Positions 1-12,295 of a stretch of DNA of 64,000 nucleotides are shown here, piece by piece; positions within the stretch are counted from its first letter, which is position 1, and each line of letters starts with the position of its first letter. Source of the DNA: Spongospora subterranea f. sp. subterranea. Lineage: Eukaryota. The stretch is from assembly GCA_049724395.1 (NCBI GenBank), contig JAUGWO010000013.1, positions 1 to 64,000 on the forward strand. Reading direction: 5' to 3'. The translations under genes were made by a program, and so were the position numbers. The notes beneath the pieces are model-generated. The model made no database searches. It worked only from the letters and a program-made list of their open reading frames with translations, and was not told where the DNA came from.

Positions 1-72
1 CCTTAGTACATCCATACGGCTTAGCCCTCTGTACTCTCAGTCCTGTTACATTATGTCCCTTGATAATAAATT

Positions 73-249
73 ACTCTTATTATAAGCTCTTAAGAACTTG
101 TGTAAACCTTTGTTTACAATATTTCAGCTCATATGACTTGGTTTTACTTTCCAGCAGGTCGAAAGTCACTTTGGAAAGTAAAGCCAGTGGTATAGGTGAA
201 GATCTGTAAACAAAGGTTTACACAAGTTCTTAATAGCTTATAGAAGAGT
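73..249. repeat. Imperfect inverted repeat, ~46-bp arms (73-118 / 205-249)
   Basis: actcttattataagctcttaagaacttgtgtaaacctttgtttaca is near-exactly reverse-complemented by tgtaaacaaaggtttacacaagttcttaatagcttatagaagagt. Confidence 0.85.
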
Positions 250-827
250 GATTTAGCATCCCCAGTCAGACGCACGATTTTGAATCCACACCTTGTAAAC
301 CCTACATGTAGAGTACTGGCTTCGCAAAGAGAAGTTCTATAAGTGGATCGTTTTGTCTTTGGTACCAATTTTAAAATATCATCCTTTGTGACTGCGCTCA
401 CTATGTCATCTACTTATACTTCTCTTTGCAAATCCGGTCTCTCGGAACTCCAGGTTTTACAGAAGGTGTCCGAAACAGAAGCCAGAATATCAAAAATCGG
501 TCCGTCCTAACTGGGGATGCAGGAAGAACCCGATAATCATTGATCTGGCAGGCCACGTCAACTCCTTGGTTCGCCCAGATGGCAAGGGGATACTTGGCAC
601 CTTGAATGCTATACGATCCTCAATGCAGCTTTCAACTTTTGCCACTATTGATTTAAGCACGGATTCGACAATCGCGTAATCGTGGCACACTTGTTTGCGA
701 CGAGCATGATCTTCACTGAGCTGAAGTTGCTCAAGACGATCAACACCGATCAAAGAAGCCCAGAGCGCGACAACCTTGAGATTTTTTACGTGTGCAATTT
801 CTGCAGTGGCGGAAGAAGATTTCGATT

Positions 828-2966
828 TCACGTTCCGATGTACAATCGGTACACCAGGTGATAATCTTTTGCGTTTTCCAGCCGCCGAAATGGGCTTGAA
901 ATAACCAACGATTGAATTTTGCACCATGACTTTGTCGGTGAAGATGCAGCTCGTTGAGAAACTTGCTCACATTTCTTAGCATCAACCATTACAAGATTCG
1001 TAACTTCGTGTAAAATCGCAAAATGGTTCAGCTGGTAAACAGGTGTCGGAGTCAGTGGACGTTTGTACAGATGATGAAAAACATGCAGCTGAAGGCATGA
1101 AGACGACGGCGAAAAATCTGCCATGTGGTGCCTAATGAATTTCCCAATCCGGTGATTAGGTTTGAATAGGCAATAACATCAACATCAAATTTGATTGACA
1201 TCATGACCATATCAAGTTCGTCGTGATTGATCCCGGACGGCGTGAATGACGCAGAATATCTTCGAAGCAAATCGGGGAATAAGAACGCGCCTCATGCAAT
1301 AATGACACTGCTTTCTCTGCAGAAATCCGACCAATTCCCATTCCGAACGTAAAAACTTCTTCACGAAGGGCATCATGGGTGGCGATTGGAAAAATCCCGC
1401 CTCTAATACAGTGCGGGACATCTAGTCTCGACAAATTTTTACGGGCCTTTCAAGTGGAGTAGAGGCCAAACTATGTTAGCAAAAAAGATGCGCCTTGAAA
1501 AAACGAATCTAACAAGCTGCTTTCCCCATATGTACACTCCGGCCAATTTTCAAAAAATCAAAAGCTATTTATAGAACTCCCTCAATATTGCTCCGTCAGA
1601 CAGCTTGCTGAATAGGGAATGAAATTCTCTTTCTAAATATATAGAGTTTATGCACCAGTCGATTAAACCCACTTTGTCGATGTTTACCTACCGAACATTC
1701 CTGAGGAAAGCATATAAACGATACGGTTTGCTTGTGATGCCCCGCTTACGATGTCGGAAAACGTACTGCTGCTGCAGAGGCTGCAAGACGACGACAAGGA
1801 AACTTGCTTGTCGCAACAAACAAGAACATGATTCACTGCACCTCGTTGAAAATCTGTGCAGTTCAGATTTCCATGAACGTGAATCCCGGAGGCAAACACC
1901 CTTTAATGCGCGATACTTTCTTCATTTCCGCTCACCAGGTTAGAAATATTTATCGTCGAATTGCGGCCATAAACTAATTATATACTGTATGCATTTAGCG
2001 AAATCAGATTGACCCGACTTCTGTTCCACAATCAATGGTTTTCCTGAACGATTATTCCCACAAGCAAAAGGAATGTCGCATGTTGTACTTGTACAAGAAC
2101 GGGGGCTTCTCCCAGAACATCGCAAATGCATTGGTATTTGTAAAGACTGCAAAACTAACAAACTCAAGAATCCAGAAATCCCTACATGCTGTCTGACCCG
2201 AATTTTGCAATTGAAAGCAGAGTTTTCATCAGAATTTTGCCAAAAGTCCATGTGAGTTAAACCCAATAGAAATGGCATGGGGAAGGGCAAAGTTATTTGC
2301 CGCGAACAATGCGATTATCCGTTTCCCGGCTTACGTAACAGGGCGCCACAGATCCTGGATGAAATTCCATTAGCCTTTGACCGCAAATGGTTTCGGCTGG
2401 CAATTCGCTTTGGAGACGCTACAAGAATGGTCTGAAGGTCAAGTAGCTGCTTCATTTGCAAACAATACAAGTCACAACGTGCAATTAGGTTTACTGTCGC
2501 ATTTTATAGAATGCGACGTACGCATTTATATGTTTCGTGACACACGCAGCTATAAAGATGCGCACGCAGATTTGTACGCATATATTTTCACCACTGGCCA
2601 ATTTTTAAAAAAGTGAATTTTCAAACGTGAACTCCGCACTGAGTTTTTGACTTATGACAAAATTCAAATCGTCAAATTGTTGGTCTCGATGATATCTATG
2701 TGATAACGATGTTCAATACCCGGCTTATTGTAGTGCGGCGGTTGAGAATTCCGTGCCAGCTGCCATACAAAAAATCCTTGGAAATTTGTCGAGACTAGAT
2801 GTCCCGCACTGTAGCAGCATGGTAAAAGCAATATCCATCACCTAACTCTTCACATGAATCTAAAGCGACAAATCACATTATAAAATAATCAACCTGGCAC
2901 GTCATCTGGATGAAAGCGTCGGCCTTGGTACTCAAACAATGAAAATCGGGACCACTCCGATGTCAT
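828..2966 (-). pseudogene. OTU-family cysteine protease (deubiquitinase-like) gene, disrupted by a Tc1 insertion and frameshifts
   Basis: ATG at 2966. Splicing a 52-nt GT-AG intron (2842-2893) and removing 1409-2811 plus one TA gives MTSEW...FHPDDVPGDGYCFYHAAIRGGIFPIATHDALREEV (OTU Cys box). Downstream frames give DELDMVMMSIKFDVDVIAYS and QLNHFAIL (His box). The 3' end is uncertain. Confidence 0.7.
1409..2811 (+). mobile_element. Tc1/IS630-like DNA transposon with decayed transposase
   Basis: Perfect 30-bp TIRs cagtgcgggacatctagtctcgacaaattt (1409-1438 / 2782-2811) with TA on both sides. Internal remnants KGMSHVVLVQERGL, CCLTRIL and LPKVH-CELNPIEMAWGRAK (~2240-2290). Confidence 0.92.
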
Positions 2967-3547
2967 ATTGCAACTAAACCTTGGAAAACGAACAGATAGC
3001 AATACCTAGCGGGAATGCGAGGAATGCGTGCCATAAGGTTGCGGGTCAGCATGTTGGGGTGGCGCAACACTTTTTTGAGGGAAAAAGGTGCGAAATGGGT
3101 CGGCGTAGGTACATTGCTGCATGAGATGCGCAATCTGAGAGGCTGTGCACATATGTATCTACTCATATGTACATGGTGCCTTTGGTGGGTACTTGTGTGG
3201 TCAATAGCCAATGTGGGGTTATTAATGCTGTGGCTTTATTACGTGGTCTACACAGCGAATCGCGGCCAAATCGTATTATACTCCTACACAACAATAGGCG
3301 ACACCCACAAGGGAGCGCCAGCGCCCCCTATAAGACTTCACAATTGCGGACTTTACAGTTCTGCGGTGGAGATGGTCTGTATGCGGTGGTGTCTTCTCTC
3401 CACTCCAAAACCTTATGTACAGTCACAAATTAGTGAGAATTATTGAGCGGTGGTGTCTTCTCTCCCCGCGGGGAGATATTCCAGTCTCTCCACTCCAAAA
3501 CCTTATGTACAGTCACAAATTAGTGAGAATTAGTGAGCGATGTGGCG

Positions 3548-3828
3548 TATCTTGTAAGAGGGATACTGCAAAATGTGGTTATCTTCGATTTTTCGACGAT
3601 CGTCCGAGACTGTTCGGGTTGATGGCACTGTTCCAACTCCACTATCTTGTAAGAGGGATACTGCAAAATGTGGTTATCTTCGATTTTTCGACGATCGTCC
3701 GAGACTGTTCGGGTTGATGGCACTGTTCCAACTCCACTTGTAAGAGGGATACTGCAAAATGTGGTTATCTTCGATTTTTCGACGATCGTCCGAGACTGTT
3801 CGGGTTGATGGCACTGTTCCAACTCCAA
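3548..3828 (+). repeat. Subterminal tandem repeat, ~91-95-bp unit x3 (x2 inverted at ~5188-5375)
   Basis: cttgtaagagggatactgcaaaatgtgg... recurs at 3551, 3646 and 3737. Confidence 0.9.
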
Positions 3829-5419
3829 CTTGTCTTGACCAAGATGTAAATCCTGACGATCGTGTTGAGGCTGGTGACGATCCCTCGTATGAACTTGTTG
3901 AAATGGGGTGTGTCGATGATGTTCAAGATGGTGTTGAGTGTCCATCGCAAACCATAGCTTCGCATAAATGCATCGCGGTCGGTTCGCGCTTTGCCACATG
4001 TGAAGTCATGCTGTCCACTGTGAAGGAACTTTCGCGTTCCATCGGATTCCGGGTTGGCGTTAACCCACACTTTTTCACCAAGGATATTCCCCATCCGATT
4101 TATGGCCCGTGCGTTAAAATCTGGCAGCGAGGAAACATCTATTGCACATTCAAGGATCCCGTTGTCGAAACGGAAAAAAGAGGGATCAAGCCAACTTGTA
4201 CTTGGTCGATTGGTTTTACTTTTGATAGACTCTCGTCAGATTACAATATCACAAGACCACAATCATGAGATTGATAATTGTAATATAACTCCCGTCGGTG
4301 GACTGAAACAAGTAACTCTTGACGTGGATCTGATTAACACCTGCAAATAAACAGTTGATAAACGCTGCGACATGTCTATAGCATACTTAAAAACACCTCC
4401 AGCAGCCCGAAGATCATAGCCCGCTTCCATGAACTTGGTCATACAATCCGGATTTTTGCCGAAATGTAATTCTTTCCCCGCGTCGGATTGACCTGGACAA
4501 AAGGCCAGTCGAATACGTTTTACCAGGATTTGATCCCTCCAAAATTTCCCTAACCTGATTGGATGAGCTCACAGTAATCTTATTTACTCTAGAAGTGCAA
4601 AACAACGATTACCTTAGACAAAGGTAAATTGTAGCGAGCAAAACTATGAATTGATTCACGCTCGCTTGCATTCAGATCCACGTCAAGAGTTACTTGTTTC
4701 AGTCCACCGACGGGAGTTATATTACAATTATCAATCTCATGATTGTGGTCTTGGCAGCTGCTCGTGATATTGTAATCTGACGAGAGTCTATCAAAGGTAA
4801 AACCAATTGACCAAGTACAAGTTGACTTGATCCCTCTTTTTTCCGTTTTGACAACGGGATCCTTGAATGTGCAATAGATGTTTCCTCGCTGCCAGATTTT
4901 AACGCACGGGCCATGGATCGGATGGGGATCATCCTTGGTGAAAAAGTGTGGGTTAACGCCAACCCGGAATCCGATGGAACGCGAAAGTTCCTTCACAGTG
5001 GACAGCATGACTTCACATGTGGCAAAGCGCGAACCGACCGCGATGCATTTATGCGAAGCTATGGTTTGCGATGGACACTCAACACCATGTTGAACATCAT
5101 CGACACACCCCATTTCAACAAGTTCATACGAGGGATCGTCACCAGCCTCAACAGATCGTCAGGATTTACATCTTGGTCAAGACAAGTTGGAGTTGGAACA
5201 GTGCCATCAACCCGAACAGTCTCGGACGATCGTCGAAAATCGAAGATAACCACATTTTGCAGTATCCCTCTTACAAGATAGTGGAGTTGGAACAGTGCCA
5301 TCAACCCGAACAGTCTCGGACGATCGTCGAAAAGTCGAAGATAACCACATTTTGCAGTATCCCTCTTACAAGATACGCCACATCACTCACTAATTCTCAC
5401 TAATTTGTGACTGTACATA

Positions 5420-5489
5420 AGGTTTTGGAGTGGAGAGACTGGAATATCTCCCCGCGGGGAGATATTCCAGTCTCTCCACTCCAAAACCT
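5420..5489. repeat. Perfect 70-bp palindrome without loop
   Basis: aggttttggagtggagagactggaatatctccccg|cggggagatattccagtctctccactccaaaacct. Confidence 0.95.
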
Positions 5490-6969
5490 CCCGTCCGCGG
5501 GAAAAATCGAAAAATCGAGAGAAGACACCACCGCTCTGTATGACAGCGACACATAGGGAAGTCACCCCGTTTAAACGACCTGCACTTAAGAGGGAAATGG
5601 ATTAACCGAAATGGTATGACAGTGCGAGCCTAGTGCATGGCTGTGCTGCTGATATCTCGTCAAAGTGAATTATTTTAATGCACTTGTGACGATATGGATT
5701 GTTGTTAACAGTATACGCTATCATTGCAAACAGAAACGTGAGCTCCCAAATTAAAAAACGCAACTAGGCGCAGCGAATGGTAAGGAGATAAATCAAGTTC
5801 AGCAATTCGATCGCACATTCACGTGACATACCAACAGGATCACTCGATGCATTGGTGACAGTTGATCCCTCATGTCGACAGGATGTAATCGCTCGTTTGA
5901 AGTCTGATTTGGTATCAGATGATGACGATGCCGCTGATGATGATGCCAAAGCAACAGCGTTGCATCGTATATGTTATATGGGTTTCGTGTTCCTAGTCGA
6001 CAATTATCTAGCCAATATTCTGGAGTCGTCGAATGTTCCAGCTGTCTCATCAGGTTCGTTGTTCGACTCTCCGCAATAATAAATCACCCATTGTTTATTA
6101 GGGTTCTCAAACGAATGCGAAGGGGGATAAAATTGACCAGTGATTTCGAAACATCGTCAACCCGTTTCAAGATAGCTGAATTGGACTGCGAACGCCGTGC
6201 TTGTTCTGAAACTTCAGATGAAAGGCGCCCTTCTCAAATACGCAGCACGCGACCTGCAAAACTTCCCTCCAACGAGGGTAATCAGTCATGAAATTTTTCC
6301 TTATATTGAAAACCTCAAACCATGGAAAGAAGCCGAAGTTGTTTCCATCAAGGACAGCAAACGAGCGGTTCCTCTCAAGAATAACAAAAGTATGGTTCCC
6401 TCATGAATGGCAAAAGTGCTACGCCATGCTGACAATTTTCGTTGCCTAGGTCATCCCGTCAAATCAAGCACCTCTGCTTAGTAATTCTTTGATGCTTGAA
6501 TGGTCATAAACTTACACAGCATTACATAAAGGTCCGCCACCTCATTGGAAATTTTAGGGGTATCGACCCTGTTTTCCCATCTAATGTGACCTGATTTTTC
6601 TTACTCCCTTCGCCTCGTATTCCTCGAGCCAGTCATGACAACTGTAAATATGTGTTTATACAACGGTCATCTTCCGTTTCAAATGGATGTTGTTTTGACG
6701 TCCGTAATACTGGTAGAATGGGAATTCGAAATTCGCTCACCTCATAACTGATATCAGTCAGCTGCACAATCTCACACTATCTGTTAATTTTTTGTTTTCG
6801 CTTTCAAAATCCCGTCAGTTCGGCCAGTGGCCTTTGAGGATTGCGATATTGACCCTTCGCTACTACATTAGTTCTCGTTTCAGAAGTCGTAGTTCACTCG
6901 GTAGCAACCTGATTTCATGAGACGAAAACGACATTGGCGGTTTGAAATGTATGTATATATTATAATGAA

Positions 6970-7624
6970 TCATATGTGGATAGTTAGTAATTTATTCGCT
7001 GTCTCAATGCCGATGTTAGTTTTGAAATCGTCAAGAGAGATAGCGCCTTTCTTGGAAGAATCTACAGCGGAGATCGTATCAGCCACTATAATTCGCAGTT
7101 GTTCATCGCTGAGGTTAACACCAGCTAGAAGCTTCAAGATGTACATCAAATCATCATATCCAATGACGCCATCGCCATCAACGTCATATGCGTCAAATGC
7201 GGCTCGCAGCTTTTCATCAGGTGGGCATCGAGGAGAGAATCGCCACAAGGTTCGAACGAAATCTCGAAAATTAACCCGATCAAGTCGAGACGAATCAAAC
7301 AGACGAATAATTCGATGACATAGAGGATTCATACTAAGTTCCTGCGATAAATTAAAAATAAGAATAATCACCGTGACATAACAATTGATTACGAACAGGA
7401 ATTAATTCGAAATCATGAGCAGATATCACACCGCTCGAGGTCTTATCCAGGCGCTGGAATCGCTCGTATAGCGATTTGATTTCCTCCACGGTGACTGACA
7501 CATTGGTTATTATTGTAGCTACAGTAGGAACGCATTATACGCCAGCAATACATTCGGATATCTCGCCAGATCGCAGTTCGTCAATATCCTCTTTGGTCAA
7601 TCTGGTTGACACGGCATTTCCCAT
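6970..7624 (-). CDS. Calcineurin B subunit / CHP-like EF-hand protein (3 exons)
   Basis: MGNAVS (myristoylation-type start), EIKSLYERFQRLDKTSSG, ELSMNPLCHRII, KLRAAFDAYDVDGDGVI; two short GT-AG introns. Confidence 0.88.
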
Positions 7625-8129
7625 TTTGTCCAATAATTACAGTCTCTCTGATGATGTTTTCCGGTTCCCAACGCCCAATCCCATTCGACTGTTGTAGTTT
7701 CGATACCGACACTAAGGCGCCGCATACATCAAAACAACCCGTGAGGCCCGTGCACGTGTTTTGAGTGGCCTCGCCACGGAAGAGCTTATTCCAAACAAAA
7801 AGTCCGTATCGATCGGTTATTTTCAAACGGAGGTACACTAGTATTTGTTCAATTTTCAAGTTTGGAAATCCGATTTTTTGTGGTCGCTAGCTTGTGATGC
7901 AACTTGATCTTGTCCAAAATTTGAAACGTTTGTGTGTTTTGATGGAATATCGGTGTTTGAAACTGGTTTTGGAGATTTTGTGGGTGGTGCAATTTGAGTG
8001 ATGATGAGGGTGATGTCGTTATGATAATTACGTTTCTTGCCTGTTAGACATCATCTTCCTCTATTACTGTATTCATTCTTGAACTGCATACTTTCATTAT
8101 CAAATGAACGTTCCTGCTGCCCATGGACA

Positions 8130-9551
8130 AGTTGCAGATGAGGAGACCAACCGGAAACGGTTAACGATGCTCGCACAGCTGTGTACCACCGCCTTTTGAC
8201 AATGTTGGATATCACTGGAAAACCCAAAAAGGGGGTGTTCGCTATTATCGGGGCCGAATTCAACACGTATCTTGGCTCACGATTAGCCGGATTTGGCATC
8301 GAGGAAAAAACACATCGGCAGGCAGCAGGAGCCACTGCAGCAGTTGTATCGCAACTGAAAAAGAACTGCGGTCGGAAACCAAAATACCCGAACATTTCTT
8401 CCGATGTCGCTACCGTTCCTCTGAGCAAAAGGAACACCCTTAGACCCTTCAGCAACGGGTATTTCTGCCGCTACATTACATCGTCAACTTAAAAGGCATT
8501 ATTCTTCGTCATACAAATTCGTTGAAGCCTCTTCTCACTGAATGTAACAAGATCGCTCGAATCAATTTTTGTATTTCGATGCTTGAGCCCTCTTCTATTT
8601 CTACATGAAAAATGGTTTTATCTTGCTCGCGACCGCGCCACATTTTATCTGACGGCAGACGAAGAAGAACCCTATCGTTCATGCAAGAGCAAGAAATTCA
8701 TTGGAAAAATTATGTTCCTTGCAGCTGTTGCTCGATCAAGATTTGATGACGAGAATAATGGCGTTTTTGACGGAAAAATTGGCATCTGGCCGTTCGTAAC
8801 CTCGGAACCTGCAAAACGGTCGAGCATAAACCGACAAAGGGGCACAGCGGTGACGAAGCCTGTGATAGTTGATCAAAAACAGTACGTTGACGACCTGTTG
8901 ACAAAGGTTCTACCTGCAATTCGAACGAAATTTTCAAGGTCTGCTCCTATCTATATTCAGCAAGATAATGCTCGGCCGCATATCAAGCCTGATCACGAGC
9001 AATTTCGACTTTGTGCGCAGGAAGATGGTTATGATATTAGGCTGATGTGTCAGCCACCAAACAGTCCAGATTTCAACATTCTGGACCTGGGACTTTCAAC
9101 GCAATTCAATCTACACAGCATACCGAATCTCCAAGAAACTTGGATGAACAAATAACAGCTGTTTCAAATGCGTATGAGAAGTTGAACCTCAGAAGCTCAA
9201 CAATACCCTCTTAAATTACAAAGCGTGATGCTCTCTTGCATGGACGACGAAGGTGGAAACAGGTTCCGTATTCCACATTTAGGAAAAGGGAAGCTTGTCA
9301 ATACTGGGCAACTTCCTATATCAATTACCTGCCTACCAGAAGCAGTTACAAGGGCTGGAAATACAATTATGGATGCCAATCTTGCAAACTTGTTTTCTTC
9401 TCTTTCAATAAAGTGAGAAGTGTTAATCTGGGCTGTTTGCTGGCTGACAGCAGAACCTGATATCAACTTGAGATAGGGAGAACAAACCTGATATAGATGC
9501 TGCCATCCCTATTGATCAGTTACTTTGAAACAGAAAATGAAACGGAGGTAG
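8130..9551 (+). mobile_element. Degenerate mariner-like element, DD39D type
   Basis: EKWFYL, KSKKFIGKIMFLAAVARSRFD, FDGKIGIWPFV, QQDNARPH...QPPNSPDFNILDLG with 39 residues between the last two Asp. Right end gaaacggaggtag-TA at ~9539-9553. Frameshifted; left TIR not found. Confidence 0.85.
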
Positions 9552-9859
9552 TACAGTATCATGGGAGTATTGTTCCGTGGCGAGGAATGGAAATTGATCG
9601 AAACTGTGCGCAGCCCATCTTTGGGTACACTGTGCAAGCATTCACGCAGCCATCCACGTGGGAACCCTCAAATTGGATTCATCAAGACTTCAAGTGTAAT
9701 GGTGGGTCTACGACTCAACATACTGCGAATATTGCACTTCAGGAGTCAATCTCTACATGTAATCATGCAGTGATAGTCAGCTGTCAAATCTTTCAAACGT
9801 AATTGCATCTACCATTACAATTCCGATCACGTTATTGGCCCAATGTTGGCGACAGGCGG

Positions 9860-11850
9860 CTAACAGGAAATGGAGTTTATTCATTCAAGACATTCAGATT
9901 TCTGCAAATGGGCATTTACTGTTAAAGCAAATTCGTGTGGGTACATTGATGAGTTCAAAGCACGCTTGGTGGTCAAAGTATTTTCTCAACGGGCCAGGAA
10001 TGGACTACAATGATACATTTGCACCTGTTGCCCATAATGACAACAAAGGCTGATCATTGCGTTAGCTGTCAAGCATCGTTTGAAGCTGCGGCAAGCCGGT
10101 ATTTTAAACGCGTTCTTATGTGGTGACACCGATTTTGAAATCTACAAAGAAACAGCCCGAAGGGTACATCGACGAAGATCATCCTGAAGGTGCTTGTAGG
10201 CTTCAAAGTTGATGGCAAAATGCGGGCATTTTGGAAAGGACCCAAGTTATCGTCGAAGTCAAATTCGAATGGCTCTATGCAGTAAAAAATCTGATAATGG
10301 GTGATGTATCTGTTGTGCATTCGCAAAGACTCAGATTCTATGCTGATGCGTCCTTAAATCTAACGGAAGAGCTACGCGACCAGATTGCTCATGACGGTCA
10401 AGGATTTGTAGTAAATCATTTACATGATTTGCGTTTGGATCCACTTTCGGTTGTCCTCAAATCTTGGTTTACTGGCAAGGTTTTGAGGATGCGGATGCAA
10501 CGTGGGAGGCCCGCAGAGATAATATTGGCGGATGTTCCGACGTTGGCGAAACGATTCTTAGACTCACTCGCCAAGTTGGATGACGCTCCTTGCTTTACTT
10601 TGAAGAGGGGAATGTAGTCCCAAATGTGCTTGGCCCCTGACACCGCCAGCTACTTCGAGTCATTTTATGTTCTAAATAATATCACTTCTTCTTTTTTCTT
10701 CTGAGAAACTCAATAAGTATTTGTCGAATGATTTACATTTTTATTCGGGCTGAAGCTGATCCCTGCCTATACTATATCGTCAACGACGACTGCGTCATTC
10801 TGTTATCTTTGCACGTGGATAACAGGTACCTGATATCATGAGAAAGTTGGACATGAACTTTGGTGTTAAGTACCTAGGAGCTCCAGTTCAGCTAAGGATA
10901 CGCCAGAATATGATAGAGAACTATGTGTTGCCTTGATCAAGAAATCTACATTGACGAGCTAACTGACTCGGTTTAAAATGGTGCACTGCAAGGACGTGAC
11001 AACTCCTCACCAGCCCGGATGTTACCTTTGTGAAAGATATGTGCCCTGTTACTGATAGTGATAAGCATGATATGATGGACATTATATATGCAGAACTGGT
11101 TGGTGGACTTCAACTTTCTTTCGACAAGAACTCGCCCGGACATTGATTCCGTCGTATCACAACTGTGCCGCTTTATGCATAATCCGGGCATGCAACATTG
11201 GAAAGCTGCAAAGCGGGTCATGAGGTACTTGAGGGCACGAAATCGTGGGGCATTTGGGCAGGAGATCCGGATCAACGCCCAAGTACCAGTGGGTTTAGCT
11301 TCAAGATGTCCAATGGCCCAGTACCATGGAAAAGCCAAAGGCAACGCTCCACAGCATTATCTGCGTTGGAAGCGGAATATATGACACAATGTGCAACAGC
11401 CAGGCAAGCCGCTTGGACACAACAGTTGCTATCTGAAATGTTGAATAAATCCGGATTAATCACGATATATGGCGATAACAAATCTGTGGCGCGTAGAACA
11501 GATGCAACAACAAATCATATTCGAGTCCAGCATCACTTCACCAGGAACAAGATCGAAGATGAAACAAATCAGCTTAATATTGTCAAACAGAATGGATGAT
11601 CGCAGATTATCTATCCAAACCTAGATTTACTGAGAAGTTTAACTGGTGGAGATCTGCCATCGGAAATGACAGATGCCAGTTCGAGGAAGTGGGTGGGAAA
11701 GACGACCAACCTGACATCTATCGGTGGTTAACGTACACTGGACAGCTGACTAACCCCTTGTGGGCTTGCTTATGTTCGTTATTAATAAATTCTTGTTTGA
11801 CAAAACGGAATCCAAACTTCGATTATGTCAAAACTAGAACTCAAAGAATT
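9860..11850 (+). mobile_element. Decayed Ty1/Copia retrotransposon (RT + RNase H)
   Basis: KARLVV, PGMDYNDTFAPVA, EADPCLYY, TRPDI..VVSQLCRFMHNPG..HWKAAKRVMRYL, WKSQRQRSTALSALEAEY; many stops and frameshifts. Confidence 0.88.
10210..10737 (+). mobile_element. Gypsy (chromovirus-like) 3' fragment with chromodomain, PPT and putative 3' LTR, nested in the Copia RT
   Basis: VHSQRLRFYAD...FVVNHLHDLR...ILADVP integrase-tail/chromodomain remnant. Purine tract gaagaggggaa (10602-10612), then tgtag...ttaca (10613-10737). Copia RT resumes immediately after. Confidence 0.7.
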
Positions 11851-12295
11851 CTTTTTTTTTATGATGAAGCTTAAATTGAGTGAGGAACAAATCGTTGAAT
11901 AGAATCAAAGGCTGCTTTAAGCATCCTGTAAATTTTGGGATATCAGGATACATAATGGCGGATACCGGTATTGCTTTGAATCAAAACAGCGGTGGCAGAT
12001 TGAGCAAGTTTACGGGGGATTTTGGCATTGGTTGAACGACACCCCTTGAATGAAACTGCAAAACGCTCTTGAATCTTGATCAATTTTAACGCATTTTTTT
12101 GGGTCAGTCGTCCATTCTTCCTTGCTTCTCAGGGTGTACCCAGTCAGACCCAGAGTGCGACGGCACTAGCGCCAGTTGAAGGACTGGCGTGAGGAGGACA
12201 CCGTCCAACTCCATGACCGTCTCTCTCCGGACTCTTATACTGTGCACAAATTGGAGACATGGCCTCAGAGCTCATACCTCAACGGTAAAAGTCAG

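Larger units (their letters stand above)
3384..5533. mobile_element. Non-autonomous foldback Mutator-like (MULE, FAR1-type) element with ~0.9-kb inverted arms
   Basis: Ends cggtggtgtcttctc...gagaagacaccaccg. Flanks gtctgtatg (3375-3383) and ctctgtatg (5534-5542) match 8/9, like a 9-bp TSD. Arms ~3448-4333 and 4672-5533 are inverted copies encoding a FAR1-like DNA-binding region (CTWSIGFTFD...YNIT...DHNH). Confidence 0.8.

Noticed and set aside
5850..6482. Possible degraded gene or tyrosine-recombinase fragment (NHPLFIRVLKRMRRG; intron-like 6390-6448)
   Set aside because: No consistent frame and no catalytic motifs
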